Notes under the pieces: model-generated
The model's database searches: none
The model's input: only the letters and a program-made list of their open reading frames with translations
What the model was told of the DNA's origin: nothing
Shown: positions 38,799 to 48,161 of the stretch, piece by piece
How the letters are laid out: each line of letters starts with the position of its first letter
How positions within the stretch are numbered: the first letter of the stretch is position 1
Position numbers and translations under genes: made by a program
Origin: Desulfobacterales bacterium
GTDB taxonomy: Bacteria; Desulfobacterota; Desulfobacteria; Desulfobacterales; UBA5852
Direction of reading: 5' to 3'
NCBI GenBank assembly: GCA_963674755.2
Contig: CAXXVS010000002.1
Location: 2,542,730-2,606,729 of the forward strand
DNA length: 64,000 nucleotides

Positions 38799-40205
38799 AT
38801 GAGCGCAAAGACACACTACGACGTCATCATCGTGGGCGGTGGCCCGGCCGGCCTGTTTGCGGCCTATTACCTGGCCGAGCATTCCGACCTGGATATCCTG
38901 CTGCTGGAAAAAGGCAAGATGCCCCACCAGCGCCATTGCCCCATCAGCGACAGCCAGCAGTGCATCAAATGCCAGCCCTGCAATATTTTGAACGGCATCG
39001 GCGGGGCCGGGCTGTTTTCCGACGGCAAGCTCAACTACATCCACAAGCTGGGCAAGACCGATCTGACTCAATTCTTGAACCGCACCGCCGCCGAGGCCCT
39101 GATCGACGAGACCGAGCTGATCTTCAACCGCTTCGGCATGGACGGCCCCACTTTTCCCACGGACATGGCCGAGGCCCGGCGCCTGCGCAAGGAAGCCAAA
39201 AAGTACGGCATCGACCTGCTCATCATCAAACAAAAACACCTGGGCAGCGACTGCCTGCCCCGGCACATCACGGCCCTGGCCGAGCATATCGCCCGGCGGG
39301 TCGACATCCACACCGGCGAGGCCGTGGAAGACGTCCTGGTGGAAAACGGCGCCGTGACCGGGGTGCGCACGCCCCGGCAGACCTATCAAACCAGGCGGGT
39401 CATCCTGGCCCCGGGCCGGGTGGGGGCCAACTGGGTCTCCCAGCTCGTTCAGGGGCTGGGGATCGCCGTCTCCCAGCGGGGCATCGAAGTGGGCGTGCGG
39501 GTGGAGGTCCACAACGACATCATGAAGGATCTCTGCGATGTGATCTACGACCCCACTTTTTTTATCCAGACCCAGAAATACGACGATCAGACCCGCACCT
39601 TCTGCACCAACATGGGGGGCTATGTGGCCCTGGAAAACTACCAGGATTTCGTCTGCGTCAACGGACACGCCTATCAGAATAAAAAGTCGGAAAACTGCAA
39701 TTTCGCTTTTCTCTCCAAGGTCGTGCTCACCGAACCGGTGACCGACAACCAGGCCTACGGCGAATCCATCGGCAAGCTGGCCTCCATCATCGGCGGCGGC
39801 AAACCTATTTTGCAGCGCTTCGGCGATCTTAAGCGCGGCCGGCGCAGCACCTGGAACCGGGTCAGCAAGGGCTATATCGACCCCACCCTGGGGAACGTGG
39901 TCTGCGGCGACATCGCCATGGCCCTGCCGGAGCGCATCTTGAGCAACCTGATCGAAGGCCTGGAAAAGCTCAACCTGATGATTCCCGGCGTCTCCAATGA
40001 CGAGACCCTGCTCTATGCCCCGGAAATCAAATTTTTCGCCACCCAGGTGGACACCGACCACAACCTGCAGACCCCGGTGCAGGGCATGTACGTGGCCGGT
40101 GACGGACCGGGCGTGGCCGGGAATATCGTCTCCGCCAGCGCCACCGGGCTCATTCCGGCCAAGGCCATTGTGGCGGAAAGCGGACATCGAGAGGAGGGGC
40201 GTTAG
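38799..40205 (+). CDS. FAD-dependent oxidoreductase
   Basis: IIVGGGPAG, GGAGLFSDGKL, GVRVE, YVAGDG. Confidence 0.9.
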   Translation: MSAKTHYDVIIVGGGPAGLFAAYYLAEHSDLDILLLEKGKMPHQRHCPISDSQQCIKCQPCNILNGIGGAGLFSDGKLNYIHKLGKTDLTQFLNRTAAEALIDETELIFNRFGMDGPTFPTDMAEARRLRKEAKKYGIDLLIIKQKHLGSDCLPRHITALAEHIARRVDIHTGEAVEDVLVENGAVTGVRTPRQTYQTRRVILAPGRVGANWVSQLVQGLGIAVSQRGIEVGVRVEVHNDIMKDLCDVIYDPTFFIQTQKYDDQTRTFCTNMGGYVALENYQDFVCVNGHAYQNKKSENCNFAFLSKVVLTEPVTDNQAYGESIGKLASIIGGGKPILQRFGDLKRGRRSTWNRVSKGYIDPTLGNVVCGDIAMALPERILSNLIEGLEKLNLMIPGVSNDETLLYAPEIKFFATQVDTDHNLQTPVQGMYVAGDGPGVAGNIVSASATGLIPAKAIVAESGHREEGR

Positions 40206-40208
40206 ACC

Positions 40209-40580
40209 ATGGACATGGTGCTTGTGGCCGGCATCGCGGTGGGATTGATCATGGGGAGCTTCGGCTACGTCCTGGTGCGCTTCGTGCTGCGGCCGGTGAT
40301 GGCCTACCGGCGGCTGAAACAACGTCTGGGGAATCCCGTCAAGGCGGCCGCCCGTGATAAAACCCTGACGGATGAGACCCGCGACACCTTGCGGCGCACG
40401 GCCGCGGAGCTTCAGGACCTGCTGGACGAGGTGCTGCCGGTCTGGTATGCCCTCTCCCTGCAAAAACGGGAAGAGCGGCCCAAGGAGGCCGTCCCCCACC
40501 TGCAGGCCCTGGCCAATTGCCGCGAGCCGTCGGCGATCGCCCGGCGAGCGGCCGCTATCATTCAAAACCTGCGGCTGTGA
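40209..40580 (+). CDS. Membrane-anchored hypothetical protein
   Basis: GAGGAGG RBS; N-terminal TM helix. Confidence 0.7.
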   Translation: MDMVLVAGIAVGLIMGSFGYVLVRFVLRPVMAYRRLKQRLGNPVKAAARDKTLTDETRDTLRRTAAELQDLLDEVLPVWYALSLQKREERPKEAVPHLQALANCREPSAIARRAAAIIQNLRL

Positions 40581-40752
40581 CCGGCCGGTCCCTGAAGTCA
40601 ATGGAAGGGTACGGTTTATGACAGGATGGTGTCAAAAAATGTCACTTTAAAACAGAATCATATTCATCGATGATTCTGTTTTTATCAAATAACATATAGA
40701 TATATCAGTATTTATTGATCCAAAAGGTCGCCTGCCGAATCTGCCCGGATGC

Positions 40753-40768
40753 AGGCATGGGATTTGCA
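40753..40768 (+). promoter_or_regulatory. Putative sigma-54 promoter upstream of ycbK
   Basis: AGGCATGGGATTTGCA (GG-N10-GC) preceded by an AT-rich tract at ~40630-40720. Confidence 0.5.
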
Positions 40769-40858
40769 AAAACCAGCGTAACTTTTACAAAAAGCGGAAT
40801 GATCGCGCCCACGCCGGATTCGTGAACGCCCATTGACTTCCCAAGACCTTACGATAGG

Positions 40859-41464
40859 ATGACTGGCATGACTGAAACAGTGCGAACGCAACCGACGCCT
40901 TCCCGGTCGAACGACCGCACCCATCTCTCCCGCCGACGTTTTCTCCAACTGGGCACCTTGCTGGCCGCCGGACTGGTCCTGCCCAAATCCCTGTATGCAA
41001 CGCCCCGCCCGAAAGAGCGGGGCGAACGGTCCCTCAAGTTTTTCAACACCCACACCCGCGAACATCTGGAAGTTTGCTATTGCCGGGACGGCCATTACGA
41101 CCAGGATGCCATCAGGGCCGTGAATACGATTTTGCGCGACCACCGCACGGATGAAGTCCACCCCATCGACCTGGGCCTCCTGGACTTGCTGCACACCATC
41201 CGCACCAAAGTCGGTCACGACAGCTGCCTGCATATCATCTCAGGCTACCGCTCACCGGCCACCAATGCCATGCTGCGGCGCCACAGCAGCGGCGTGGCCC
41301 GCAAAAGCCTGCACATGCAAGGCTTTGCGGCCGACATCCGCATCCCGGGAATTCGCACCGGGGCCCTGCGTAAAATCGCCCTGGCCCTGCACCGGGGCGG
41401 GGTCGGCTACTACCCCAAATCCGACTTTGTCCATGTGGACGTCGGCCGCGTGCGCACCTGGTAG
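40859..41464 (+). CDS. ycbK: YcbK/MepK (DUF882, peptidase M15) Tat-exported peptidoglycan endopeptidase
   Basis: SRRRFL Tat motif; ISGYRSPATN, SLHMQGFAAD, GGVGYYPKSDFVHVD. Confidence 0.92.
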   Translation: MTGMTETVRTQPTPSRSNDRTHLSRRRFLQLGTLLAAGLVLPKSLYATPRPKERGERSLKFFNTHTREHLEVCYCRDGHYDQDAIRAVNTILRDHRTDEVHPIDLGLLDLLHTIRTKVGHDSCLHIISGYRSPATNAMLRRHSSGVARKSLHMQGFAADIRIPGIRTGALRKIALALHRGGVGYYPKSDFVHVDVGRVRTW

Positions 41465-43228
41465 ACCTTCGGCCGGCGTCAGGTCCGGCGGCGCCGCTTT
41501 TTCACGCAAGGCCCGCATGAGGGGCGCATCCCGTCCGTAAATATCCTCCCGAAAGAAAACCGTACCGTCCGTATCCGCCCAGGCCGTCCAGTAGAGCAGA
41601 TGAACCGGGATCGGCCGCTGGAGCCGCACGATCCGGTGCTCACCGTCCCCCAGACGTTCCGTTATGGTCTTGCGGTCCCACCCGGCCGTCCCGTCCAGAA
41701 CGAATTCCGCCAGGGTGGCGGGATCCTCCACCCGGATACAACCGGAGCTGAAGTCCCGCGTCACCCTGTTGAACAATCCCCTGGCGGGGGTGTCGTGAAG
41801 ATAGACGGCGTGCGGGTTGGGGAACATGAATTTGATCCGTCCGAGGGCGTTCTTGGGACCCGGCGCCTGCTGCAGGCGGATGGGGAAATAGTTCTGGTTG
41901 AGAGAGGCCCAGTCCACCTCACTGGGCGAGAGCATCACGGCGTCCTCCGACCAGCCGGAAAAAATCCGGATACCCTCCCGCTCAAGATAGGCGGGATCCT
42001 TTCTGACCCGCGGCAGAATGTCCTCGACGGCCAGTCGCCGGGGGACGTTCCAGAAGGGGTTGAATTCCAGATAGGTCATGGTGCCGCTGAAAACCGGGGT
42101 CTTGCGATAGTTGCGGCCCACCACCACGCGCATGGTGCCCCGCACCCGTCCCTCGTCCACCATGGTCAGGGAGAAATCGGCAATGTTGACCACGATATAG
42201 CGCGGCCCCAAGTCGTGGGGAATCCAACGCCAGCGCTCCATGTTGATCATCAACTGCTCGATGCGTTGCGCGACCGGGACATTCAAGGCCTGCCGCGTCT
42301 GCTTGCCCACCACGCCGTCCGCCGCCAACCCGTGGCGGTGCTGGAATCGCTTCACGGCCGCATCGAGGGGTTCGTCAAACATGGCGGGCTGTAAAACCGG
42401 CGCGGCATCTTGCAAATCGCCGGAGATCTGCAAACGCTCCCGCAGTCCTGCCACGGCCGGATCTTGGTCACCCAACCGAAGGCTGGGCCCTTCGGCCAGC
42501 GCGGGCCAGCCGCCGGCCGCCGCGATACGGCGATAGTCGGCCAGGGCCTGGCGCAGGCCGGAATAGCTGGTGTAAGGCGGGTGCAGCCCTTGCAGCAAAT
42601 GGGCCACCTGCCCCCCGTCAAGACCGTTGTTGAGGAGCTGGATAAGGTCGACTTCATGACTAAAGGCACTCCAGGCCGCATGAATCGTTTCCGGATTGAC
42701 ACGCCCGCCCAGAATGTGGGCGCCCAGCAGGAACACCGCATCTGTCGCCAGGAGGTCAAAGTCCGCCCGCATGCGAGGCGTCGCAGGCCCGGCGGACGAA
42801 CCGTCCGCCGTCAGTTGCTCCGCCATGGCGCGCAGGCGATTGAGGTGGTAGTCTTCAGGAGACAGCCCGTATTCATCCACCCGGGCGATTTCCGCCAGCA
42901 GGGCCGAGGCCTGGGCCGTAGGTCTCTGGGGGGTCGACCAGACCGGTTCGTAATGCCGGCCGGCATAAAAATCGGGAATCAGGGCAATGCCGCAAATGAG
43001 CTCGCCCCGGCAGGTGAACTGATGGTCGTTCTGACGGGTTTCGATATCTTGCCGGATCAATTGGGAAACGGCGGATCCTTCCACCGCCTCCTGCGACCGC
43101 GGCGCGCCATGGGCGCCCATGGGAATGAGGGTCAGAAACCCCACCAGTATTACCGTATGCAGGGCGTTCCCATAATGGGGACGAGGAGCGCGGGATCGGT
43201 GCTGCCAGCCGAGGAAATTGGAACGCAT
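41252..43228 (-). CDS. ycbB: L,D-transpeptidase YcbB/LdtD
   Basis: AVKRFQHRHGLAADGVVG PG-binding domain; NMERWRW; NPFWNVP; VYLHDTP..SSGCIR; C-terminal tail overlaps ycbK. Confidence 0.9.
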   Translation of the reverse strand: MRSNFLGWQHRSRAPRPHYGNALHTVILVGFLTLIPMGAHGAPRSQEAVEGSAVSQLIRQDIETRQNDHQFTCRGELICGIALIPDFYAGRHYEPVWSTPQRPTAQASALLAEIARVDEYGLSPEDYHLNRLRAMAEQLTADGSSAGPATPRMRADFDLLATDAVFLLGAHILGGRVNPETIHAAWSAFSHEVDLIQLLNNGLDGGQVAHLLQGLHPPYTSYSGLRQALADYRRIAAAGGWPALAEGPSLRLGDQDPAVAGLRERLQISGDLQDAAPVLQPAMFDEPLDAAVKRFQHRHGLAADGVVGKQTRQALNVPVAQRIEQLMINMERWRWIPHDLGPRYIVVNIADFSLTMVDEGRVRGTMRVVVGRNYRKTPVFSGTMTYLEFNPFWNVPRRLAVEDILPRVRKDPAYLEREGIRIFSGWSEDAVMLSPSEVDWASLNQNYFPIRLQQAPGPKNALGRIKFMFPNPHAVYLHDTPARGLFNRVTRDFSSGCIRVEDPATLAEFVLDGTAGWDRKTITERLGDGEHRIVRLQRPIPVHLLYWTAWADTDGTVFFREDIYGRDAPLMRALREKAAPPDLTPAEGLPGAHAADVHMDKVGFGVVADPAPVQGQGDFTQGPGANSRDADVGRKALHVQAFAGHAAAVAPQHGIGGR

Positions 43229-43386
43229 AAGAGGTTCAAAGCCTTTCGGTGTTTCAGTTGTCCCTCGGCCGCATCCGGCGGCCGGGGCGGTTGCAACGCA
43301 TGAGGAATCCCAATATAAGGAGTGCGACGGAATCATTCAACCGCCGCAGACGAGAGAAAGAACCGCAACCGCAGGGATGCTTGCCG

Positions 43387-43848
43387 ATGAAATCCGCCGA
43401 TCCCCATATGCACACCGCCGAACACATCCTCAACCAGACCATGGTACGCCGGCTGGGCTGCGGGCGCTGCTTCAGCGCCCACATCGAAAAGAAGAAGTCC
43501 AAGTGCGACTATCGCATTACCGCCCCTCCGACCTCCGAGGACCTGCAGGGCGTCGCGGATCAGGTCAACCGCATCATCCAGGCCGACCTGGCGGTGTGCG
43601 CCGACACCCTGCCCCGGGCGGCAGCGGCCCGGGAGTTCAACCTGGAACGCCTCCCGGACGATGCCGGCGAGACCATCCGCATCGTCCGGGTGGGCGACTA
43701 TGACGCCTGCCCCTGCCGGGGCGCCCACGTGTCGCACACCGGCGAACTGGGCGCCTTCCGCATCACCTCCTGGGATGTCGATGGCGACGTGCTGCGCATC
43801 CGTTTCAAGCTGAACCGCGCCGCCGGGCGCCCAACCGAATCCCCTTGA
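43387..43848 (+). CDS. Free-standing AlaX/ThrRS-type tRNA editing domain protein
   Basis: HTAEH and CRGAH zinc ligands; IRIVRVGDYD. Confidence 0.8.
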   Translation: MKSADPHMHTAEHILNQTMVRRLGCGRCFSAHIEKKKSKCDYRITAPPTSEDLQGVADQVNRIIQADLAVCADTLPRAAAAREFNLERLPDDAGETIRIVRVGDYDACPCRGAHVSHTGELGAFRITSWDVDGDVLRIRFKLNRAAGRPTESP

Positions 43849-43879
43849 CAACCAAGAGCCCGGCCCCCTATACGGACCT

Positions 43880-44371
43880 ATGCTGAACGAACAGGAAAAG
43901 AAAGTGATTGCGGCCATCCAGGGGGATATCCCCGTCTGTGAGCGCCCCTACCGGGAATTGGCGGAACGCATCGGCCTCACCGAAGACACCTTTCTGGCAA
44001 CCCTGGTCGACCTGCGCCGACGGGATCTGATCCGGCGCTTCGGCGCCACCCTGCGCCATCAAAAATCGGGCTATGCCGCCAACGCCATGGGGGCCTGGCA
44101 GGTGGCCGAACCGCGCGTCGAGGAGGTCGGCCGGATCATGTCGGCCTGCCGGCAGATTTCCCACTGCTATCGACGCAACCCCACCGCCGATTGGCCCTAC
44201 AATCTCTACACCATGATTCACGCCGAATCCGAAGCGGCCTGCTGGGATATCGCGCGTGGGATGGCCCGCCAGGCCGGGGTGGACACCTATACCCTGCTCT
44301 TCAGCCGGCGGGAGCTCAAAAAGACCTCCATGACCTATTTCACCGTGGACGACGATGACGAAGGGTCGTGA
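43880..44371 (+). CDS. ahbB: Siroheme decarboxylase beta subunit (AsnC/NirH-like)
   Basis: IRRFGATLRHQKSG, ISHCYRR, WPYNLYTMIH, ELKKTSM. Confidence 0.85.
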   Translation: MLNEQEKKVIAAIQGDIPVCERPYRELAERIGLTEDTFLATLVDLRRRDLIRRFGATLRHQKSGYAANAMGAWQVAEPRVEEVGRIMSACRQISHCYRRNPTADWPYNLYTMIHAESEAACWDIARGMARQAGVDTYTLLFSRRELKKTSMTYFTVDDDDEGS

Positions 44372-45714
44372 CCACCGACGCGCCCCATATCCTCCTGGTC
44401 AATCCCTGGATCGACGATTTCGCCGCCTATGACGTGTGGGCCCAGCCCCTGGGGCTGCTCACCCTGGCCAGCCTGCTGCGGCGGCAGGGCTATCGACTGA
44501 CCTATGTGGACTGCCTCGACCGGTTTCATCCCAAAGCCCCCCGATCCGATCCCTTTGCGCGCCACGGCCGCGGCCCCTACCTTAAAACCCCCCTGCCCAA
44601 CCCTCCGGGATTGGAGGGTGTTCCGCGCCGTTTCTCCCGCTACGGCATCCGCGAGACCTGGCTTCGGGAAGACCTGGCGCGCACACCCCGGCCCGATCTG
44701 ATCCTGGTAACTTCCACGATGACTTACTGGTACCCGGGCGTCCGGGCCACCATCGCCGTCCTGAAGCGAACCTTTCCCGACACGCCCCTCGTATTGGGGG
44801 GCATCTACGCCACCCTCTGCCGGGCGCATGCCGAACGCACCTGCGGGGCGGACGAAGTGCTGACAGGGGGCATCGACGGGCCGCTGCTGGACGCCATCGG
44901 CCGGCTCACCGGCTATACCGGCGGGACCGTCTACGCCCCTCAAGATGTCGATACCTATCCCTATCCGGCCTGGCATCTGAAGCGCCGGATCAATTACCTC
45001 CCCGTGCTGACGTCTTTCGGCTGCCCCTTCGATTGCGCCTACTGTGCCTCCCGTTTCCTGCAACCCCGTTGCCGCCGGCGCCGGCCCCGGGCCGTGGTGG
45101 AAGAGATCCTGTTCTGGCACAAGACCACCGGGGTCAGGGACTTTGTCCTCTACGACGACGCCTTCCTGCTGGATGCCGAGGCCCATGCGGCCCCCATCCT
45201 GGAGGGACTGATCCGTGCCGGCCTCCCATTGCGCTTTCACACCCCCAATGCTTTGCACATCAGGGGCCTGACCCCGGCCATCGTCGCTTTGCTGGCCCGG
45301 GCGGGTTTTCAGACCGTCCGGCTCGGCCTGGAGACCACCGTGCGACCTTCCGGGCAGGCCGACGATCACAAAGTCGAGCTGAACGAATTCATTCGCGCCG
45401 CCGAAGGCCTGCGTCAGGCCGGCTTCACCCATCGCGAAGCCGGCGCCTATCTTCTGATAGGCCTGCCCGACCAGGATTGGAATGCCGTGGCGGACTCGAT
45501 CCATCTGGTAAAGAATAAGGGGGTCCGCCCCATTCTGGCCTATTACACCCCCATCCCCCATACCCGGATGTGGGCCCGCGCGGTGGCCGCTTCCCGCTAT
45601 GATCTGGCGGCCGACCCGCTTTTCTGCAACAATGCCATCTTCCCCTGCCAGCCGGAAAATTTTTCATGGGAAGCATTGGCGAGGCTCAAGGAAATGACCC
45701 GCATGAACGGCTGA
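44368..45714 (+). CDS. B12-binding radical SAM protein
   Basis: QPLGLL, VLGGIYAT, GCPFDCAYC, YDDAF. Confidence 0.9.
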   Translation: MTTDAPHILLVNPWIDDFAAYDVWAQPLGLLTLASLLRRQGYRLTYVDCLDRFHPKAPRSDPFARHGRGPYLKTPLPNPPGLEGVPRRFSRYGIRETWLREDLARTPRPDLILVTSTMTYWYPGVRATIAVLKRTFPDTPLVLGGIYATLCRAHAERTCGADEVLTGGIDGPLLDAIGRLTGYTGGTVYAPQDVDTYPYPAWHLKRRINYLPVLTSFGCPFDCAYCASRFLQPRCRRRRPRAVVEEILFWHKTTGVRDFVLYDDAFLLDAEAHAAPILEGLIRAGLPLRFHTPNALHIRGLTPAIVALLARAGFQTVRLGLETTVRPSGQADDHKVELNEFIRAAEGLRQAGFTHREAGAYLLIGLPDQDWNAVADSIHLVKNKGVRPILAYYTPIPHTRMWARAVAASRYDLAADPLFCNNAIFPCQPENFSWEALARLKEMTRMNG

Positions 45715-45785
45715 AGACGGCCAGGATGCTTTGGGGGCGAACGCGGCGCGCCATGTCTTGACCCCTGGGGACGAACTGCTTAGAT

Positions 45786-46009
45786 AGTATCCGTCCGGCA
45801 ATAGCATCTTTTGGCCCCTGGCGGCATTTTCGCTTCCTGCCGTCCCTCGGCGCAGCCCGGTTAGACAACGCTGTCGCTCATAGGGCTACGCCCTCCGGCG
45901 CCCCTCGGCGGCAGCTTGTTGAACACCGAGAGGTTTAAAGATCAGAGGTGAAATCCCGCGCTGTGTGGCGGGATCAGGAACCAAAATCGGCCCTTCCCGG
46001 GCGGATCCA
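45786..46009. repeat. Family A MITE-like element, copy A4
   Basis: ATCCGTCCGG / CCGGGCGGAT ends; TTGTTGAACACCG..AAAGATCAGA.GTGAAATCCCGCGCTGTG.GGCGGGA shared with A3. Confidence 0.8.
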
Positions 46010-46110
46010 GATAAGTTGCTCGACCGCTTTATCAGCAGAGCCAGAGTCGCCTTCTGCAGCGGCGCTTCTCTGCAATCGCACAGCTGATACCCCACAAGGA
46101 GACCACCGCC

Positions 46111-47622
46111 ATGATCAAACTGATTTCATCCGCCCTGAGCCGCATCAAAACGGAAACCCTCATCATACCGGTCTGCCCGGACCGGGAGCTGTATCCGTCC
46201 CCCTCCATCTCGTCGCTGGTGCGACAAGCCCTGGGTATGAAGCCTTTTAGCGGCAAGCAGGGCGATGAACTGATCCTTTACCAGCCGCCGAATGTGGGGG
46301 CCGAACGGATCGTGTTCCTGGGGATAGGCTCCCAGGCCGAATTGGACCTCGAACGGTTCCGGCAGGCCGCCGGCAGGGGCGTCCGCCTGTCCCAGCACAC
46401 CGATCCGGGCGATGCGGTCCTTTTGGTGCCGGAAATCGACGGGGGCGATGCCTTGGAGCGAAAGGCCATACTGTCCGCCCTGGCCGAAGGCGCCCTTCTC
46501 AGCAACCACCACCAGAACCGCTATCAATCGGATCCCAAAATTCAGCCCCTGAAATCCATCCGCCTGCATACGGATACATCCCTGGCCCGCAACGCCAAAG
46601 CCGATTTAAACCATATCGAAGCGGTCGGCCGCGCCACGTTGCTGGCCCGGGATTGGATCAACCAGCCGGCCAACGAAAAAACGCCCGACCAACTGGCCCG
46701 CCGGATGGCCCGGGCTGCCCAGGGAAAAGGGCTCAAGGTGACCATCTTTGACGAAAAGAAGCTGAAAACCATGCAGATGGGCGCACTTTTGGCCGTGGGT
46801 CAGGGCAGTGCCCACCCGCCGCGCCTCCTTATCCTCGATTACCGCCCGCCTAAAGCGTCCGGAACCATCGCGCTGGTGGGCAAGGGCATCACCTTCGACG
46901 CGGGCGGTCTCAACATCAAGCCCAGCGGATCCATCGAATTGATGAAGATCGACATGGCCGGCGCCGCAGCGGTGGCCGCCAGCGTCATGGCCCTGGCCGA
47001 AACCGGCGCGCGCCAGCGCGTCGTGGGGGTCATCCCCCTGGCCGAAAACATGGTCTCCGGCGACGCCTTTCGACCGGGCGACATCGTCCGGGCCGTCAAC
47101 GGACGCACCATCGAGATCGGCAACACCGATGCCGAGGGACGCTTGATTCTGGCCGACGCCCTGGCCTACGCCGCCCAGACTTACCGCCCGCAGATCATGA
47201 TCGACATGGCCACCCTGACAGGGGCCTGCGTGGTGGCCCTGGGGGAACGCATCGCCGGGATCTTCTCCCCGGACGACGCTTTAAGGGGCGTGATCGAACA
47301 GGCCGGCCGCGAGGTCCATGAACGCTGCTGGCCCATGCCCCTGCCGGAGGACTACCGGGAACTGCTCAAAAGCGATCTCGCCGATATGCGCAACATCGGC
47401 CCCCACCGGTGGGGCGGTGCGATTCTGGCAGCCCTGTTTCTGAAGGAATTCAGCGGTGAAACCCGTTGGGCGCATATCGACATCGCCGGCCCGGCCTACC
47501 ACAAGAAAGGCGAACCCTACCACCAGCCCGGCGCCACGGGATTCGGCGTACGTCTGCTCTGCCGGACTATTGCGGCCTTGGCTGGAACCCAAAACGACCA
47601 TCTACCGACAGCCACAATTTAA
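46111..47622 (+). CDS. pepA: Leucyl aminopeptidase (M17)
   Basis: VGKGITFDAGG, MKIDMAG, NTDAEGRL, ATLTGAC, HIDIAG. Confidence 0.95.
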   Translation: MIKLISSALSRIKTETLIIPVCPDRELYPSPSISSLVRQALGMKPFSGKQGDELILYQPPNVGAERIVFLGIGSQAELDLERFRQAAGRGVRLSQHTDPGDAVLLVPEIDGGDALERKAILSALAEGALLSNHHQNRYQSDPKIQPLKSIRLHTDTSLARNAKADLNHIEAVGRATLLARDWINQPANEKTPDQLARRMARAAQGKGLKVTIFDEKKLKTMQMGALLAVGQGSAHPPRLLILDYRPPKASGTIALVGKGITFDAGGLNIKPSGSIELMKIDMAGAAAVAASVMALAETGARQRVVGVIPLAENMVSGDAFRPGDIVRAVNGRTIEIGNTDAEGRLILADALAYAAQTYRPQIMIDMATLTGACVVALGERIAGIFSPDDALRGVIEQAGREVHERCWPMPLPEDYRELLKSDLADMRNIGPHRWGGAILAALFLKEFSGETRWAHIDIAGPAYHKKGEPYHQPGATGFGVRLLCRTIAALAGTQNDHLPTATI

Positions 47623-47654
47623 CGGCGCCTCAGTGCAATTTGGCGCCGTATCTT

Positions 47655-48161
47655 CTAATCCGGAAAGGTCCGGGGGCCATAAGGCGCCGGAGGGGCCTCA
47701 TCGTCCGGGGACTCACTGGCATCCGGTTCGGTTGTCTTGGTTTCCGGATGCTTGGCCGGAGCGGACGCTTTGCCGTAACGGCGGGCATAGCTGCGGGTCA
47801 TGGGCTCGGTGCGGCGGGATAGTTCCTGGGGGATGAAGACCACGTCGCCGGGGCGCAGGTCATCGTCCCGTAGGTTGGGGGTGACCTGGGCCAGGATGCG
47901 GGCATTGCGCGTGCTGCCGGTGTACCAGCGCGCAATGGCGGAAAGCGATTCCTCCGGCCAGCGCACCTTGTGGAGATAGCACGGCACCCCCCGGTAGGTG
48001 GCGCGGGCCGGGGCCGGAGTGGTCTTGCGGGGCGGGGCCTGGCTGCCGGGGCTTACGGGGTCCACCTTGGGCTTGAAGGCCGCACAGGCTGTCAGGCAAA
48101 ACACCGTCAGCAATAACAGCAAGGCGTGCCGGCCCAAGCCTTCCCATGCAGATCGTCTCAT
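47655..48161 (-). CDS. LysM-domain lipoprotein
   Basis: Lipobox LTAC; HKVRWPEESLSAIARWY..LRPGDVVFIP. Confidence 0.8.
   Translation of the reverse strand: MRRSAWEGLGRHALLLLLTVFCLTACAAFKPKVDPVSPGSQAPPRKTTPAPARATYRGVPCYLHKVRWPEESLSAIARWYTGSTRNARILAQVTPNLRDDDLRPGDVVFIPQELSRRTEPMTRSYARRYGKASAPAKHPETKTTEPDASESPDDEAPPAPYGPRTFPD

Noticed and set aside
38796..40601. 601-aa minus-strand ORF
   Set aside because: Antisense shadow of the FAD oxidoreductase in GC-rich DNA; no motifs.
43880..45714. Radical SAM gene as ahbC/ahbD
   Set aside because: It has a B12-binding N-terminus and no SPASM Cys cluster, unlike AhbC/AhbD.
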